From Chthonomonadales bacterium (GTDB lineage Bacteria > Armatimonadota > Chthonomonadetes > Chthonomonadales > CAJBBX01), in the NCBI GenBank assembly GCA_027459625.1, contig DAIDHP010000005.1, forward strand, positions 130,817-194,816: a DNA stretch of 64,000 bases. The letters are read 5' to 3'. The position numbers and the translations under genes were made by a program. Positions 1-10,058 of this stretch are shown here, one piece after another. Below the pieces are notes generated by a model. The model did no database searches and was not told where the DNA came from. It saw only the letters and a list, made by a program, of their open reading frames with translations. How positions within the stretch are numbered: the first letter of the stretch is position 1; each line of letters opens with the position of its first letter.

Positions 1-344
1 AAGGAGATGCGAAACGCTGTGACCTCGGAATTGTGCAAACGTCACTTATGGTAGAATACTTTGAAGTGTCCTTGAACCCATCAGAAGACACCCCATGATT
101 CATATTCAGTTGTGGAGGGAGGTGAAAACGTGGGATAATTGGAGGCAAGCGAGATGCTTTTTCACTTAATATGACGATAGTTCGTGGAACCCTCCTATCA
201 CATTTCAAATATAATTACGGACATCGCAGATCCTGACACCTTCGACCTTTTGATGCACGGATTGCTCCTTGCGAATTCCATGAAGGGAATGCGTTTGGAC
301 GAGAAATAAATCGGAACGCCTTTATTTCATCAAAGGATAAGAGT

Positions 345-2114
345 ATGATTATTAAAAAATATCCGCATGCGCTTGCCTTGTTGACGACACTTTTGTTTAT
401 CCTTATGATCGGGGGTGCGGTCTCGGCGCAAACCATGGCTAATCCAAAAACACGTGATCTGATGAGCGACACTTGGGACGCGACTGACGCGCTTGGGAGA
501 ACTTTGCCGGGGTACAAGGAGTGCGGTCCTCCGCGCCCTGATAAGTATGTGGGAATCTTTTATTTCCTCTGGGAGACAGGCAAGGATTCACCGCTCTATG
601 ATATCTCAAAGTTGTTGAAAGCCGATCCCTCCAATCCGCAATACGGTCCGCTTTACGCATTTCATTGGTGGGGAGAGCCTTATCTGGGATATTATTTGTC
701 CGATGATCCTTTTGTCATCCGAAAGCACGCTCAAATGCTGGCGAACGCAGGTGTGGATGTGCTGATTTTTGATGTGACCAACGCGCTCACCTATGATCCT
801 GAATATACGGAGATATGCAAAGTGCTGGAGAGCATGAGGGCCGTAGGCGAGAAAACCCCGCAAATCACGTTTATCACTCACTCCAAGTCCGCAGAGGTCG
901 TCCAACACCTTTATGATGTCTTCTATTCCAAAAACCTCTATCCCGACCTCTGGTTTCGCTGGAAGGGCAAACCATTGATCATCTCTTCCCAGGAAGGCTT
1001 GGATCAAAAGATAAAGGATTTCTTTACTTTTCGGGAATCCTGGGCGTGGACCAAAGGCCAGCAATGGTTCGGTGACGGAAAGGATAAATGGCCTTGGATC
1101 GACAATTACCCCCAAAACCCCGGATGGGACACAAATCCGGATATACCGGAGGAGATAAGCGTGTGCGTGGCGCAACATCCCGTCTCCAATATCGGCAGGA
1201 GCTTTCATGATGGTCACGAGCCACCGCCCTCGGAACAAACACCCGCGCTTGGGCTTTGTTTTGCGGAACAATGGAAGCGCGCCTTGCAAGTTGATCCGGA
1301 GTTCGTCTTCGTAACCGGATGGAATGAATGGATAGCGCAGCGCTTCGTCAATAACGGCGGTATCAATTTTCTTGGGAAGCCTTTACCCAAGGGGGGCACC
1401 TTTTTTGTGGATGAATATGACGAGGAGTATAGTCGCGATATAGAACCGATGCGCGGAGGTTTCAGAGACGATTACTATTATCAACTGGTGGCGAATATTC
1501 GACGATACAAGGGAGTGCGCCAGGTTCCCTCTCCTAGCCCGCAGCGCACCATCATCATAGGGAATAATTTCTCTCAATGGGATACGGTCAAGCCTGTATA
1601 TCTTGATGACATCGGGGACACCGCCCACCGTGACCATGACGGATGGGGCGGGAAACATTATGTGAACGATTCCGGGCGCAACGATTTCGACACAATGAAA
1701 GTCGCAAGAGATCGATTATATCTCTATTTCTATGTTCGAACCGTGAATCCCATCACCGCTCCCAAAGGTGATAAATGGATGCTTCTTTTTATAAACACGG
1801 ACGACAATCCCAAAACCGGATGGGAGGGGTACGACTACATCATCAACAGGGACGGGCCCGGGGTGATCGAAAAGAACGTGGCTGACAAGTGGGAATGGAA
1901 ACCCATCGGTCACGTGCGCTATGCGATCAAGGGGAATCAGATGCAAATCGCCGTTCCCAGAAGTTTGATCGGCTTGTCGGAATCCTCCGGAAAGCTGCGA
2001 TTCGACTTTAAATGGGCGGACAACGCCCCAGTGAACGGAGACATACTCTCCTTCATTGACCAAGGGGACACCGCGCCTGATGACAGATTCAGTTATCGGT
2101 ACGAGGAGCGTTAA
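345..2114 (+). CDS. Secreted glycoside hydrolase-like protein (GH71/GH99-like TIM barrel plus C-terminal beta domain)
   Basis: 589 aa ORF with signal peptide (…GGAVSA-QT). Motifs VGIFYFLW, HWWGEPYLGYY, HAQMLANAGVDVLIFDVTN, GWNEW and DEYDEEYSRDIEP are typical of GH71/99-like proteins. Substrate unknown. Confidence 0.65.
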   Translation: MIIKKYPHALALLTTLLFILMIGGAVSAQTMANPKTRDLMSDTWDATDALGRTLPGYKECGPPRPDKYVGIFYFLWETGKDSPLYDISKLLKADPSNPQYGPLYAFHWWGEPYLGYYLSDDPFVIRKHAQMLANAGVDVLIFDVTNALTYDPEYTEICKVLESMRAVGEKTPQITFITHSKSAEVVQHLYDVFYSKNLYPDLWFRWKGKPLIISSQEGLDQKIKDFFTFRESWAWTKGQQWFGDGKDKWPWIDNYPQNPGWDTNPDIPEEISVCVAQHPVSNIGRSFHDGHEPPPSEQTPALGLCFAEQWKRALQVDPEFVFVTGWNEWIAQRFVNNGGINFLGKPLPKGGTFFVDEYDEEYSRDIEPMRGGFRDDYYYQLVANIRRYKGVRQVPSPSPQRTIIIGNNFSQWDTVKPVYLDDIGDTAHRDHDGWGGKHYVNDSGRNDFDTMKVARDRLYLYFYVRTVNPITAPKGDKWMLLFINTDDNPKTGWEGYDYIINRDGPGVIEKNVADKWEWKPIGHVRYAIKGNQMQIAVPRSLIGLSESSGKLRFDFKWADNAPVNGDILSFIDQGDTAPDDRFSYRYEER

Positions 2115-2119
2115 ATGGA

Positions 2120-2152
2120 AAGGGCGTTCGCCTTGGTGCGGTGAACGCCCTT
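2120..2152. terminator. Likely bidirectional intrinsic terminator between convergent genes
   Basis: 13-bp stem AAGGGCGTTCGCC / GGTGAACGCCCTT (one G-U) with a 7-nt loop, 5 nt after the stop of 345..2114. Confidence 0.7.
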
Positions 2153-2172
2153 CTTATTCGAATCGATCTTGT

Positions 2173-3030
2173 TCAGAGGTACTTGCGTAGGTGTTTTTTT
2201 GCTCGAAGGAGTCCCAGCGATTCCTTCTCCCAGGTTTTCCAATATCGGAAATCCTCCAGTTCCACGCTTACCATGCCGTCGAACCCTTTGGTATCCAATA
2301 TCGCGCCAATCTTAGCCCAGTCCGCCAAGCCCTCCCCAGGTATGCAATACCTCCACCAGTCTTCTCCGAAGCCCTTGGTGCGGCAAAAAGTTTTGCCCAG
2401 TGATCCGTGCAGATACATCGCCTCCTGATCGAAGACCGTATCCTTTCCATGGCAATGGATGACTCTTTCTCCGAACTCCTCCAGGAAACGGATATAGTCC
2501 ACGCCAATCCGTATCAGATGGCTTGGATCGAAGTTGATCCCAAGCGCCGGAGAGGGAAACGCCTTAAAGATCGCTCGAAGCATTTCGGGGGTTACACCAA
2601 GAGCGGCGTAGTGCGGAGGTCCCCCAGGATATCCCTCCATTCCGATCCTGGCGCCTTTCTCCTCTGCGTATTGAAGCAAAGGAGCGAAGGTATCCTTCAA
2701 TCGTTCAAAATTCGCCGCTCTGCCTTTGCTTCCGTCGGGGGGCATCAAAACAACGAAGTACTTGAAACACCCCAGAGATGTTGCGGCGTCAATGAAATTC
2801 TTCGAGTCCGCCAATGCCTTTTCCGCGTCAGCATCCGAGCCGAAAAAGCCTCCAAGGGAATGGATGTCCACCGTGCCGACCTCCAACCCCGCCTGACGCA
2901 CCGTTTGCACGGCGTTTGGATCAGTACCGCCCAAGTCAACTCCGTCAAACCCGTTCTCCTTGCACCAAGCGCAAAAATCCTGGAAAGGCATCTGTCTCGC
3001 TGTTCCGGGAATCCTCAAACCTATTTTCAT
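2173..3030 (-). CDS. Sugar phosphate isomerase/epimerase (xylose isomerase-like TIM barrel)
   Basis: Metal-binding motifs IGMEG, NFDPSH, HCHGKD, PGEG and SVELED. Confidence 0.85.
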   Translation of the reverse strand: MKIGLRIPGTARQMPFQDFCAWCKENGFDGVDLGGTDPNAVQTVRQAGLEVGTVDIHSLGGFFGSDADAEKALADSKNFIDAATSLGCFKYFVVLMPPDGSKGRAANFERLKDTFAPLLQYAEEKGARIGMEGYPGGPPHYAALGVTPEMLRAIFKAFPSPALGINFDPSHLIRIGVDYIRFLEEFGERVIHCHGKDTVFDQEAMYLHGSLGKTFCRTKGFGEDWWRYCIPGEGLADWAKIGAILDTKGFDGMVSVELEDFRYWKTWEKESLGLLRAKKHLRKYL

Positions 3031-3118
3031 GTGTTAGCTCCTGTTGATATGTGATATTCAGTGATTGGCTTAGTTCACAAACGATCGCCGTCCATGCATC
3101 CACCATCCGAGAAATTCC

Positions 3119-5851
3119 TTAGCCAGTGTTTCGCAATCCCGACGCGATACCGCTGATAGTGACGTCAATCACCTCTCGTAACTCCTCCGCTTCCGGTGCA
3201 TTCGGATCCGGCAGGGAGCGCAATCGGCGAAGAATCTCCACCTGCAGATAGTTTAAAGGGTCCACATAAGGGTTACGGAGTTTTATGGACCTCTGGATGA
3301 TGGGATCGGAATCCATCAACTCCTCGTGGCTGGTGATTGCAAGGATGGAATCCCTGGTTCTGTCATATTCGTTTTGAATGGAGGTGAAAATCCGATTTGC
3401 CAACTCCTTGTCCGGCGTCAAATCCGAGTAAAGCTGGGCTATTTCCATATCGGCTTTGAGGATGGCCATCTCCGCATTGTCCAGCAAAGCCTTGAAAAAC
3501 GGCCACTCCTCGTATATCTCCTTCAATCGTATTGGATCCTCCTCGGCAAGTCCGGAACCCAAACCGTACCAGCCCGGGAAATTATAACGAGATTGCATCC
3601 AAGAAAAGACCCACGGTATAGCGCGAATTTTCGTTACCTGAGGATTAGACCCCCCGCGCGATGAGGGGCGAGACCCTATGCTGAGTCGATTGATTTCATC
3701 TATGGGTGTGGCGGACCGCCAATAATCCGTGAACCCGGGTGTTTCGTACACCAATTTGCGATACGCGGCGAGTGAAGCGGCGGATATTTTCTCCATTACA
3801 TTGCGCCAAACGAGCATATTCTTATGGGTTTTTCCATTAATAGACGGGTATTCGTCCTTTGCGCTCGCCAAAATGACCGCATTGGCGATCTGTTCCAAAT
3901 GGCGATGTGCGAGATCGAAATTGGAATATCTTGAGGCTATGTTCTCTCCCTGCTCCGTTAGTCGAAACCTTCCATGAAGCGTTCCCGGAGGCTGGGCTCG
4001 GATGGCTCTGTTCGCAGGTCCGCCCCCTCTCGCCACGGATCCTCCGCGTCCATGAAACAGAGTGAGACGAATGTTATTTTTGCCGCAAACCTCCGCGATC
4101 TCCTCTTGGGATTGATATAACGCCCAGTTCGCTGCGAGAAATCCACCATCCTTGTTGCTATCCGAATAACCAATCATTACCATCTGTTCCCACCCGCAAG
4201 TGGATAGGTGTTCATGGTAGGCGTCTGTGGTAAACAGATTTTCAAGGATATCCGAGGCGTTGTGCAAATCATCCATCGTTTCGAACAGCGGCACGATGGA
4301 AAATCCGTCGGCGCATCCTGACCATTTCGCGAGGAGCAAGACGGTTAGCACATCCGCCGCTCCGCGGCACATCGAGATGATGAACGTTTTTAGCAAATCG
4401 CCCCCGTATACGTTATGCACTCGGGAGATGAGCCGGAAAAGCGACCATGTTTCCGCCGACGCCGAGGTCACCCCCGGGGTTCGCGCTAGTAGGTTGGGTC
4501 GTTCCGGATGCTCCCGCAATAATTTTATAAGAACCTCCAAACGCCCTTTCTCATCTTTTGACTCGAAATTGGTGTCAAATCCTATCGCTAGCAAAATCTC
4601 CCCCAATGCGGAGCGCAAACGGCTGGAATCCTCCCTTAAGTCCAAATGTGCGCAATGCAATCCGAAAATATCCAGATGATACTGCACCGATTTCAGTTTC
4701 GTATTCGTTAATCTTGTTGGAAGGGCGGATGCGATCATATCCAAAGGTCCCCGCAGATCCTCCACATTCAGACTCGCCTTGTGCGGTGTGTCGCTTAATA
4801 AGTAGTGGGTTACATTTTCTTGCGACGCCTCCTCCAAATCGGATACAAGCAGAGCGACCGCATGACGATAGGGTTCGTTTGCGTATCTCCCCTCGAGGTA
4901 TGCCACATGTTCCGGCCAAGGTCGTCTCGAATCGAGCCATTGCGTTAATTTCTCAGGCGACGGCACCCTTTGCCCGTTAATGCTTAGACGTCTGGATAGA
5001 TCCTGCAATAACCTTCGGTGTCTCTCCACAGCCAGCCCTCGGTGCAGTCTAAGAGTCTCCGCAGTGACTTCGGCCGTTACATTGGGATTTCCATCTCTGT
5101 CCCCACCGATCCACGACGCGATGGTTAACCACCCCGTTGGAGAGGTGATGTCGGGATAGTATTTCGTCAATGCGGCGTCAAGGCTCTCATAAATCATGGG
5201 AAGGGCGTCCCAGAAAACCTCGTCCACAAAATAGAGACCGGTGCGCACTTCATCCGTAACGGCGGGCTTGTTCGTTCGGAATCTGCGCGTTAGCCATAAA
5301 ACGGAAAGTTCGGAAAGCATCATGCTCTCAAATTCAGAGCGTTCCCTCGGCAATGGCTCGGATTCATAAAAAACCTTGACGATATCCGATATTCTTTTGA
5401 GGCTGGAGAGTATCGTTCGGCGTTTCGCTTCCGTTGGGTGCGCAGTGATCACCAATTCGATATGCAGCTTTCGAAGCAGACTATCCACTTGACTTGAGGT
5501 CAGTCCCTTCTGCTTGAGTATAAGGATGGCTTCGGCTATGGAATCATCCACCGGCATGGGATCTCCCATGCGTTCCCTTTCGCGAAGGATGTGAACTCGC
5601 TGCGCCTCCTCCGCAAGATTTGCGATGTCAAAATAGAGGGTGAACGCTGTTGCAATTCCTCGCGCCATATCCGCTGTGAGTTGCGAGGCTTCGTACGCCA
5701 ATCTTTCCGCAGCGTAAGTGTCTCCTCCTCGGCGTGCTTTTGCGAGAGCGCGAATACGCTCCTCCGTTTCAAACAACAAGGGGGATTCCTGCTCGCTTAT
5801 GACTCGTCCGAGCATATCCCCCATATAGTGTATGATGGTTGCCAGTTCCAT
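3119..5851 (-). CDS. ppc: Phosphoenolpyruvate carboxylase
   Basis: 910 aa with TAHPTEAKRRT, SWIGGDRDGNP, MIGYSDSNKDGG, FHGRGGSVARGG, RAIPWVFSW and C-terminal RNTG. Confidence 0.98.
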   Translation of the reverse strand: MELATIIHYMGDMLGRVISEQESPLLFETEERIRALAKARRGGDTYAAERLAYEASQLTADMARGIATAFTLYFDIANLAEEAQRVHILRERERMGDPMPVDDSIAEAILILKQKGLTSSQVDSLLRKLHIELVITAHPTEAKRRTILSSLKRISDIVKVFYESEPLPRERSEFESMMLSELSVLWLTRRFRTNKPAVTDEVRTGLYFVDEVFWDALPMIYESLDAALTKYYPDITSPTGWLTIASWIGGDRDGNPNVTAEVTAETLRLHRGLAVERHRRLLQDLSRRLSINGQRVPSPEKLTQWLDSRRPWPEHVAYLEGRYANEPYRHAVALLVSDLEEASQENVTHYLLSDTPHKASLNVEDLRGPLDMIASALPTRLTNTKLKSVQYHLDIFGLHCAHLDLREDSSRLRSALGEILLAIGFDTNFESKDEKGRLEVLIKLLREHPERPNLLARTPGVTSASAETWSLFRLISRVHNVYGGDLLKTFIISMCRGAADVLTVLLLAKWSGCADGFSIVPLFETMDDLHNASDILENLFTTDAYHEHLSTCGWEQMVMIGYSDSNKDGGFLAANWALYQSQEEIAEVCGKNNIRLTLFHGRGGSVARGGGPANRAIRAQPPGTLHGRFRLTEQGENIASRYSNFDLAHRHLEQIANAVILASAKDEYPSINGKTHKNMLVWRNVMEKISAASLAAYRKLVYETPGFTDYWRSATPIDEINRLSIGSRPSSRGGSNPQVTKIRAIPWVFSWMQSRYNFPGWYGLGSGLAEEDPIRLKEIYEEWPFFKALLDNAEMAILKADMEIAQLYSDLTPDKELANRIFTSIQNEYDRTRDSILAITSHEELMDSDPIIQRSIKLRNPYVDPLNYLQVEILRRLRSLPDPNAPEAEELREVIDVTISGIASGLRNTG

Positions 5852-6115
5852 ATGTAAATTATCCTGTCATGAAAGACGACGCATTATCGGATGGTTATTA
5901 GTTATACACGACGAACCGATTAAAAAAACTCCATATCCTTCCTCTGTGTCTGTTCCATGATTACATTTCGGCGGCGCCTTTGCGGAGGATATTCAGTTTA
6001 CAATCGCGTCAGGAGAGGTAATTGCGCAAATCAGAAAAAAAGGATTAGGATCCTTTATCTCAAACTTGGTGAAGCACTTGAAAAGAGATATTGGCAATTA
6101 CCCGGTACTTGACGC

Positions 6116-6685
6116 TTATTCTAGGCTACTTAAAGCCTCCATCCAGATATCCTTGTAGTCGCTTCTCCAAACCCATATTGCCACTTCCTCAGGGGATGTG
6201 GCGGCTTTTCGAACGCCTTGCAGTATCGCCATCGCCACAGGCTTGCAAATGGCTTTTCGCTCCTCTAACGAAAGCCATTGCGGCTGACGCATAAGATCAT
6301 CAGTCATGTCCGCGACCAGGCAGCTATGCGCATGGCGTTCCGCTGCGAGGCGCAGTGCGCTCTGAACAGACTTTTCGATCCATTCCGCAGTGTATCGCTT
6401 TGTCTCATCCATCACTACCGCGACGATGGCGTGTTGAAAACGATATTTCCCGCCTGATCCCGCGAAAGCGTCGCCGGGCGCCAGAGGCGCTGCACGCTCC
6501 GCCTCTATTTGGAATTTGCCCGCCGTGGCGTCCCGCACCCACTTCGCAATTCCATATGACATCTTTAAATTCGGAGCCACCGGCACGATCACGCTCTCCG
6601 CCACCCGTGGAAAACGCCTTTCGCTCACTAAAATATCCACCACCTTGCCATCCCATTTCACCTGTTGAATCGGCTTAACACCCAT
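6116..6685 (-). CDS. Degenerate macrodomain-like protein
   Basis: Aligns by eye to the macro fold (…L.PGDA..GSGGKYRFQHAIVAV…SVQSALRLAAE), but the GDI, NAAN, GGG and GIFG motifs are all replaced. Starts 12 nt after the NAPRTase stop. Confidence 0.65.
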   Translation of the reverse strand: MGVKPIQQVKWDGKVVDILVSERRFPRVAESVIVPVAPNLKMSYGIAKWVRDATAGKFQIEAERAAPLAPGDAFAGSGGKYRFQHAIVAVVMDETKRYTAEWIEKSVQSALRLAAERHAHSCLVADMTDDLMRQPQWLSLEERKAICKPVAMAILQGVRKAATSPEEVAIWVWRSDYKDIWMEALSSLE

Positions 6686-6697
6686 AGTCCTCTCTCC

Positions 6698-8050
6698 TCA
6701 TATCCTTTCCAGATTTGGATTATCGCACGCCTCTCTTCCCACTTTGGCGAGATCATACCACTCTCCCTCCAATTTAACCCGCACCACGTCCGCAGTGTAA
6801 TCGTTGTTCGTTCCGCAAACGGAACAGTTGGAGTAAAGGTAAGAGCCGACGCCATAGACATCCGCAGGCACGCATTGCGATTCGAACTGTCTAATACGCT
6901 CCGGCGTGAAACCTCCCGTTACGATGATCTTAACATTCATGCACCACGCAAATGCGGCGTCCCTCCATTTGCCGGGTATATCCCATCTTTCGAAAGCCTT
7001 CTCCATGGCGTTGCGCAGAATGAAGCACAACCTAGGGTTCACACCGTTATCCAGTTTTGTGTCTCCCAAGGGCTCCACGCTCACATCCCTAAGGTTGCCG
7101 CTAGTGTCCGGTCTCACTCCGAAGAGAACGAATTTACGCGCCTCTTCGGTCCTGCCTTCGTCCGTTAACTCCATGTATCGGCGGAACATGCTTTCCATCA
7201 CCAATAGCGAATCTCCGACGCAATCGTTATGGAAATCCACCAAAGCGATCCGCGGAATCGAGGCGGGAAGAATGGAGGAAAACGCCATCATTGTCTCCGC
7301 AGTGTCCCCTAGAAAGCAGGCGATACCCGCATGCGCCACCGTGCCGCCTCCCGCGCCACCCCACCATTCTCCCTGTTCATCGGTGGAAACAATGGAGTGA
7401 GAGGAGTGGGAATGGGTATGGTTAAAATACTGAACGGCGATGTGATAGGCGTATCCGTCCCCGGCTTGAATCTCATGAGCATCGAAGCGCGCCGGGAAGA
7501 AAAGTACATCCTTGCCATTTGCAGCCTCCAATACATTGTACACGTTGGTCGCCACTCTCGTGCACCGTGTTAACGCACCTAGGGTTGGGGTCTCGAGCAT
7601 CGCGAAGTCCCGATACCTCCCTCTCACCTTGAGGACTGGAGCGACTTTGCGCGGATCCCCTCCGTACGGGGCGAGCGTGCCATCCTGTACCGCGAACACC
7701 TCTAATTTGTCATAGGTGTCCTTCCATTCTCCCCGAATGTCATAATAACCGGTGCAGGTTTGAAGCATCGCGAGGCATTTATCCACTCCCACCACCAGCG
7801 AAAACGGTTTGCGCCGTGTGAACCACTGCATCTCAACTTCGATCTCGCCTATGTTAACGGTCGAAAGATCGATGTTCATGTCCGAGAGGTCGGCGTGGGT
7901 TCCCCCGAAGCGATAGCCTCTCTTCGCCAGTTCGGTGAGAAGGATTACGATATTGTTGAAATACTTGTCGGAATACCATCCCTCCCGCATTCTTCCAACA
8001 TCCAGTTTGAAACTGGCGACCGGTATCCTTTTGTCGTCAAATACGCTCAA
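6698..8050 (-). CDS. Nicotinate phosphoribosyltransferase-family protein (type II PRTase)
   Basis: GWYSDKYF, FFPARFD, GTVAHA (conserved His), ALVDFHND, GVRPDTSG, IIVTGGF and YGVGS motifs. Confidence 0.85.
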   Translation of the reverse strand: MSVFDDKRIPVASFKLDVGRMREGWYSDKYFNNIVILLTELAKRGYRFGGTHADLSDMNIDLSTVNIGEIEVEMQWFTRRKPFSLVVGVDKCLAMLQTCTGYYDIRGEWKDTYDKLEVFAVQDGTLAPYGGDPRKVAPVLKVRGRYRDFAMLETPTLGALTRCTRVATNVYNVLEAANGKDVLFFPARFDAHEIQAGDGYAYHIAVQYFNHTHSHSSHSIVSTDEQGEWWGGAGGGTVAHAGIACFLGDTAETMMAFSSILPASIPRIALVDFHNDCVGDSLLVMESMFRRYMELTDEGRTEEARKFVLFGVRPDTSGNLRDVSVEPLGDTKLDNGVNPRLCFILRNAMEKAFERWDIPGKWRDAAFAWCMNVKIIVTGGFTPERIRQFESQCVPADVYGVGSYLYSNCSVCGTNNDYTADVVRVKLEGEWYDLAKVGREACDNPNLERI

Positions 8051-8071
8051 TCCCGTCTCCTGTTCTCATCA

Positions 8072-8671
8072 TCACATCTCTCTGCGCCATGTCAATGCGG
8101 ATACGAGCGTCGCCTGATCGGCGTAATCCAAATCCCCGCCTGCCGGGAGACCATGAGCGATCCGTGTGACTTTCATTCCCATGGGCTTCAATAAACGGGC
8201 TAGATAGAAAGCGGTCGCCTCGCCCTCGACGGTGGGATTTGTGGCGATGATGATCTCCTTTACTGGCAATTTGGAAAGACGGGAAAGCAGTTCACGGATC
8301 CTCAGCATGTCCGGGAGAACACCCTCCTGCGGAGAGATAACCCCTTGCAAAACATGATAGAGACCGTAAAACTCATTGGTCTTTTCCATGGCGATGAGAT
8401 CTCTCGGCTCCGCCACCACACAGATGCTGGAAGGATCCCGTTTGGGATTTCTGCAGATATCGCAAAGCTCCTGATCGGTGAAGTTGAAGCACTCCGTGCA
8501 GAAGCGTATTTTCTCCTTCATGTCCAGGATGGCATCCGCCAAGGCGCGAGCCTCCTCCGGCGGTGTACGCAAAAGGTGAAAAGCCATGCGTTGCGCCGAT
8601 TTTGGACCTATTCCCGGGAGTTTCTCGAACTCGGCGACAAGTCTGGCGAGGGGTTTGGCGTAATGCTGCAT
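8072..8671 (-). CDS. recR: Recombination protein RecR
   Basis: LPGIGPKSAQR HhH, C4 zinc finger (CTEC…CDIC), Toprim IATNPTVEGEAT and TRIAHGLPAGGDLDYAD. Confidence 0.98.
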   Translation of the reverse strand: MQHYAKPLARLVAEFEKLPGIGPKSAQRMAFHLLRTPPEEARALADAILDMKEKIRFCTECFNFTDQELCDICRNPKRDPSSICVVAEPRDLIAMEKTNEFYGLYHVLQGVISPQEGVLPDMLRIRELLSRLSKLPVKEIIIATNPTVEGEATAFYLARLLKPMGMKVTRIAHGLPAGGDLDYADQATLVSALTWRREM

Positions 8672-8690
8672 GATATACCGTTCAGGCTCC

Positions 8691-9320
8691 TTAGTGTTCC
8701 GTTATGTTGTCATTCAGATCGGAGAGGTCTCGGACATCCTCGCTTCCATAGGGTATATCCACAAAAAGATGCCTCTCCCCTATGCCGGAAAGGCAGAACA
8801 TCGCCCCGCTGGACCAAGCCACTTCTGCGTCCATCGGGTCAATAATAACACGTGCGCGGAAAAAGAGGGGCAGTTGATCCTTGCGAAACGACCCGTGTGT
8901 TATGATTGACGGGCGATTCTCCGCGCCTCTTCGCCTGATCTGGCGCACATACACTTCTCGTTCATCGATAATACCTTTGCGCGAATAAAGAGCGAAGAAG
9001 CCGAACTCGCGAATGTTTGCATTGAGTTCAGCCTGTTTCTCCAAGCGTCTAATATAGGTAAGCTTGTTCATTGCCGTTTCCGTGGTGATAAATCGACGTT
9101 TGATGTCATCCCCGGTACCGCCGGTGAATTCAAACGGCAGGTCTATGCACTCCGCCCATGCGCCGTTTTTGGAATAGACGGCGCGCGCGACGGTGTTGGC
9201 GTATGACTCCCCTTCGCCAACGGTCGATTTGATGAGATTCACTGCCGCACCGTGGCGTTTTCCGTACTCCTCCGCCAGAGCGTCAAGTTGTATTTTTTGC
9301 GCGGGATTGATGTCATCCAT
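8691..9320 (-). CDS. Hypothetical protein (about 209 aa)
   Basis: Open frame co-oriented with recR, ending 19 nt before it. ATG at 9320 follows an AGAGG SD-like motif. No recognisable motif. Confidence 0.6.
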   Translation of the reverse strand: MDDINPAQKIQLDALAEEYGKRHGAAVNLIKSTVGEGESYANTVARAVYSKNGAWAECIDLPFEFTGGTGDDIKRRFITTETAMNKLTYIRRLEKQAELNANIREFGFFALYSRKGIIDEREVYVRQIRRRGAENRPSIITHGSFRKDQLPLFFRARVIIDPMDAEVAWSSGAMFCLSGIGERHLFVDIPYGSEDVRDLSDLNDNITEH

Positions 9321-9455
9321 ATTAATAAAACCTCTGGGTGTGCGGGAAATTGCAAAATTCACTTTCAGGTTATTTTCCCGAGAGTGAAATGTTCGATATT
9401 CGCATTTCGTCTCGGATTTTTGCCATTACCTCGGTGTAAGTTAAAAATATGGGCG

Positions 9456-10058
9456 TTATGAAAACTGGGATAAAACAGCCTGACGAAGCACCCATATCCG
9501 AGCGGAGCCCTCAATTCTCTCCAACACATCGAAGGCGTAATCCACATCCGTTCCCGCCACCGTAACGCCATGACGCGGAAGAATGCAGGCCACGGGGTGG
9601 TCGGCTATCTCCTCTCTCCGCTTCGCCAAGGTCTCCGCAACGGTTCTGGCTAGGTCAGGAGAGTGAGACGGGTGTTTTTCGCACAGCCCTGTCACGCCAA
9701 TGATGTCCGTCTGCTCCAATGCGGGCGGGATCGGCAGTTCCAGATGGGCGAAGATCAGAGAGTAAGGCGGGTGAGCATGCACGATACCGCCGACCTCCGG
9801 GAGCGTTTGGTATATCCGAAGATGCATGGCGTACTCTCGGGAGAGTTCCCCCTCGCCCTCCAATTTCTCGCCGTCCATGTTTGTCACTACGATTTGCTCC
9901 GGGCGAAGTTTCCATTGGGAGTAGGTTCCGGCGTATTTGGGAGTGCAGAAGATTCGATCCCCATCCCGAATACTCATATTCCCGCCCGCGCTATCCGTCA
10001 AAAAACGCGTGTATGTTAAATGAGCGATGTGACAAAGATGCTCCTTGGGGCTATTCAT
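9456..10058 (-). CDS. Class II aldolase/adducin family protein (fuculose-1-phosphate aldolase-like)
   Basis: GGNMSIR, SREYAMH, VHAHPPYS and LPRHGV zinc-ligand motifs. ATG at 10058 preferred to the ORF-track start at 10226. Confidence 0.88.
   Translation of the reverse strand: MNSPKEHLCHIAHLTYTRFLTDSAGGNMSIRDGDRIFCTPKYAGTYSQWKLRPEQIVVTNMDGEKLEGEGELSREYAMHLRIYQTLPEVGGIVHAHPPYSLIFAHLELPIPPALEQTDIIGVTGLCEKHPSHSPDLARTVAETLAKRREEIADHPVACILPRHGVTVAGTDVDYAFDVLERIEGSARIWVLRQAVLSQFS

Noticed and set aside
215-517. Many short ORF-track entries on the opposite strand or alternative frames (e.g. 215..517, 2407..3054, 23020..23985, 34116..34694)
   Set aside because: They overlap well-supported genes, lack motifs and SD sites, and look like shadow ORFs.
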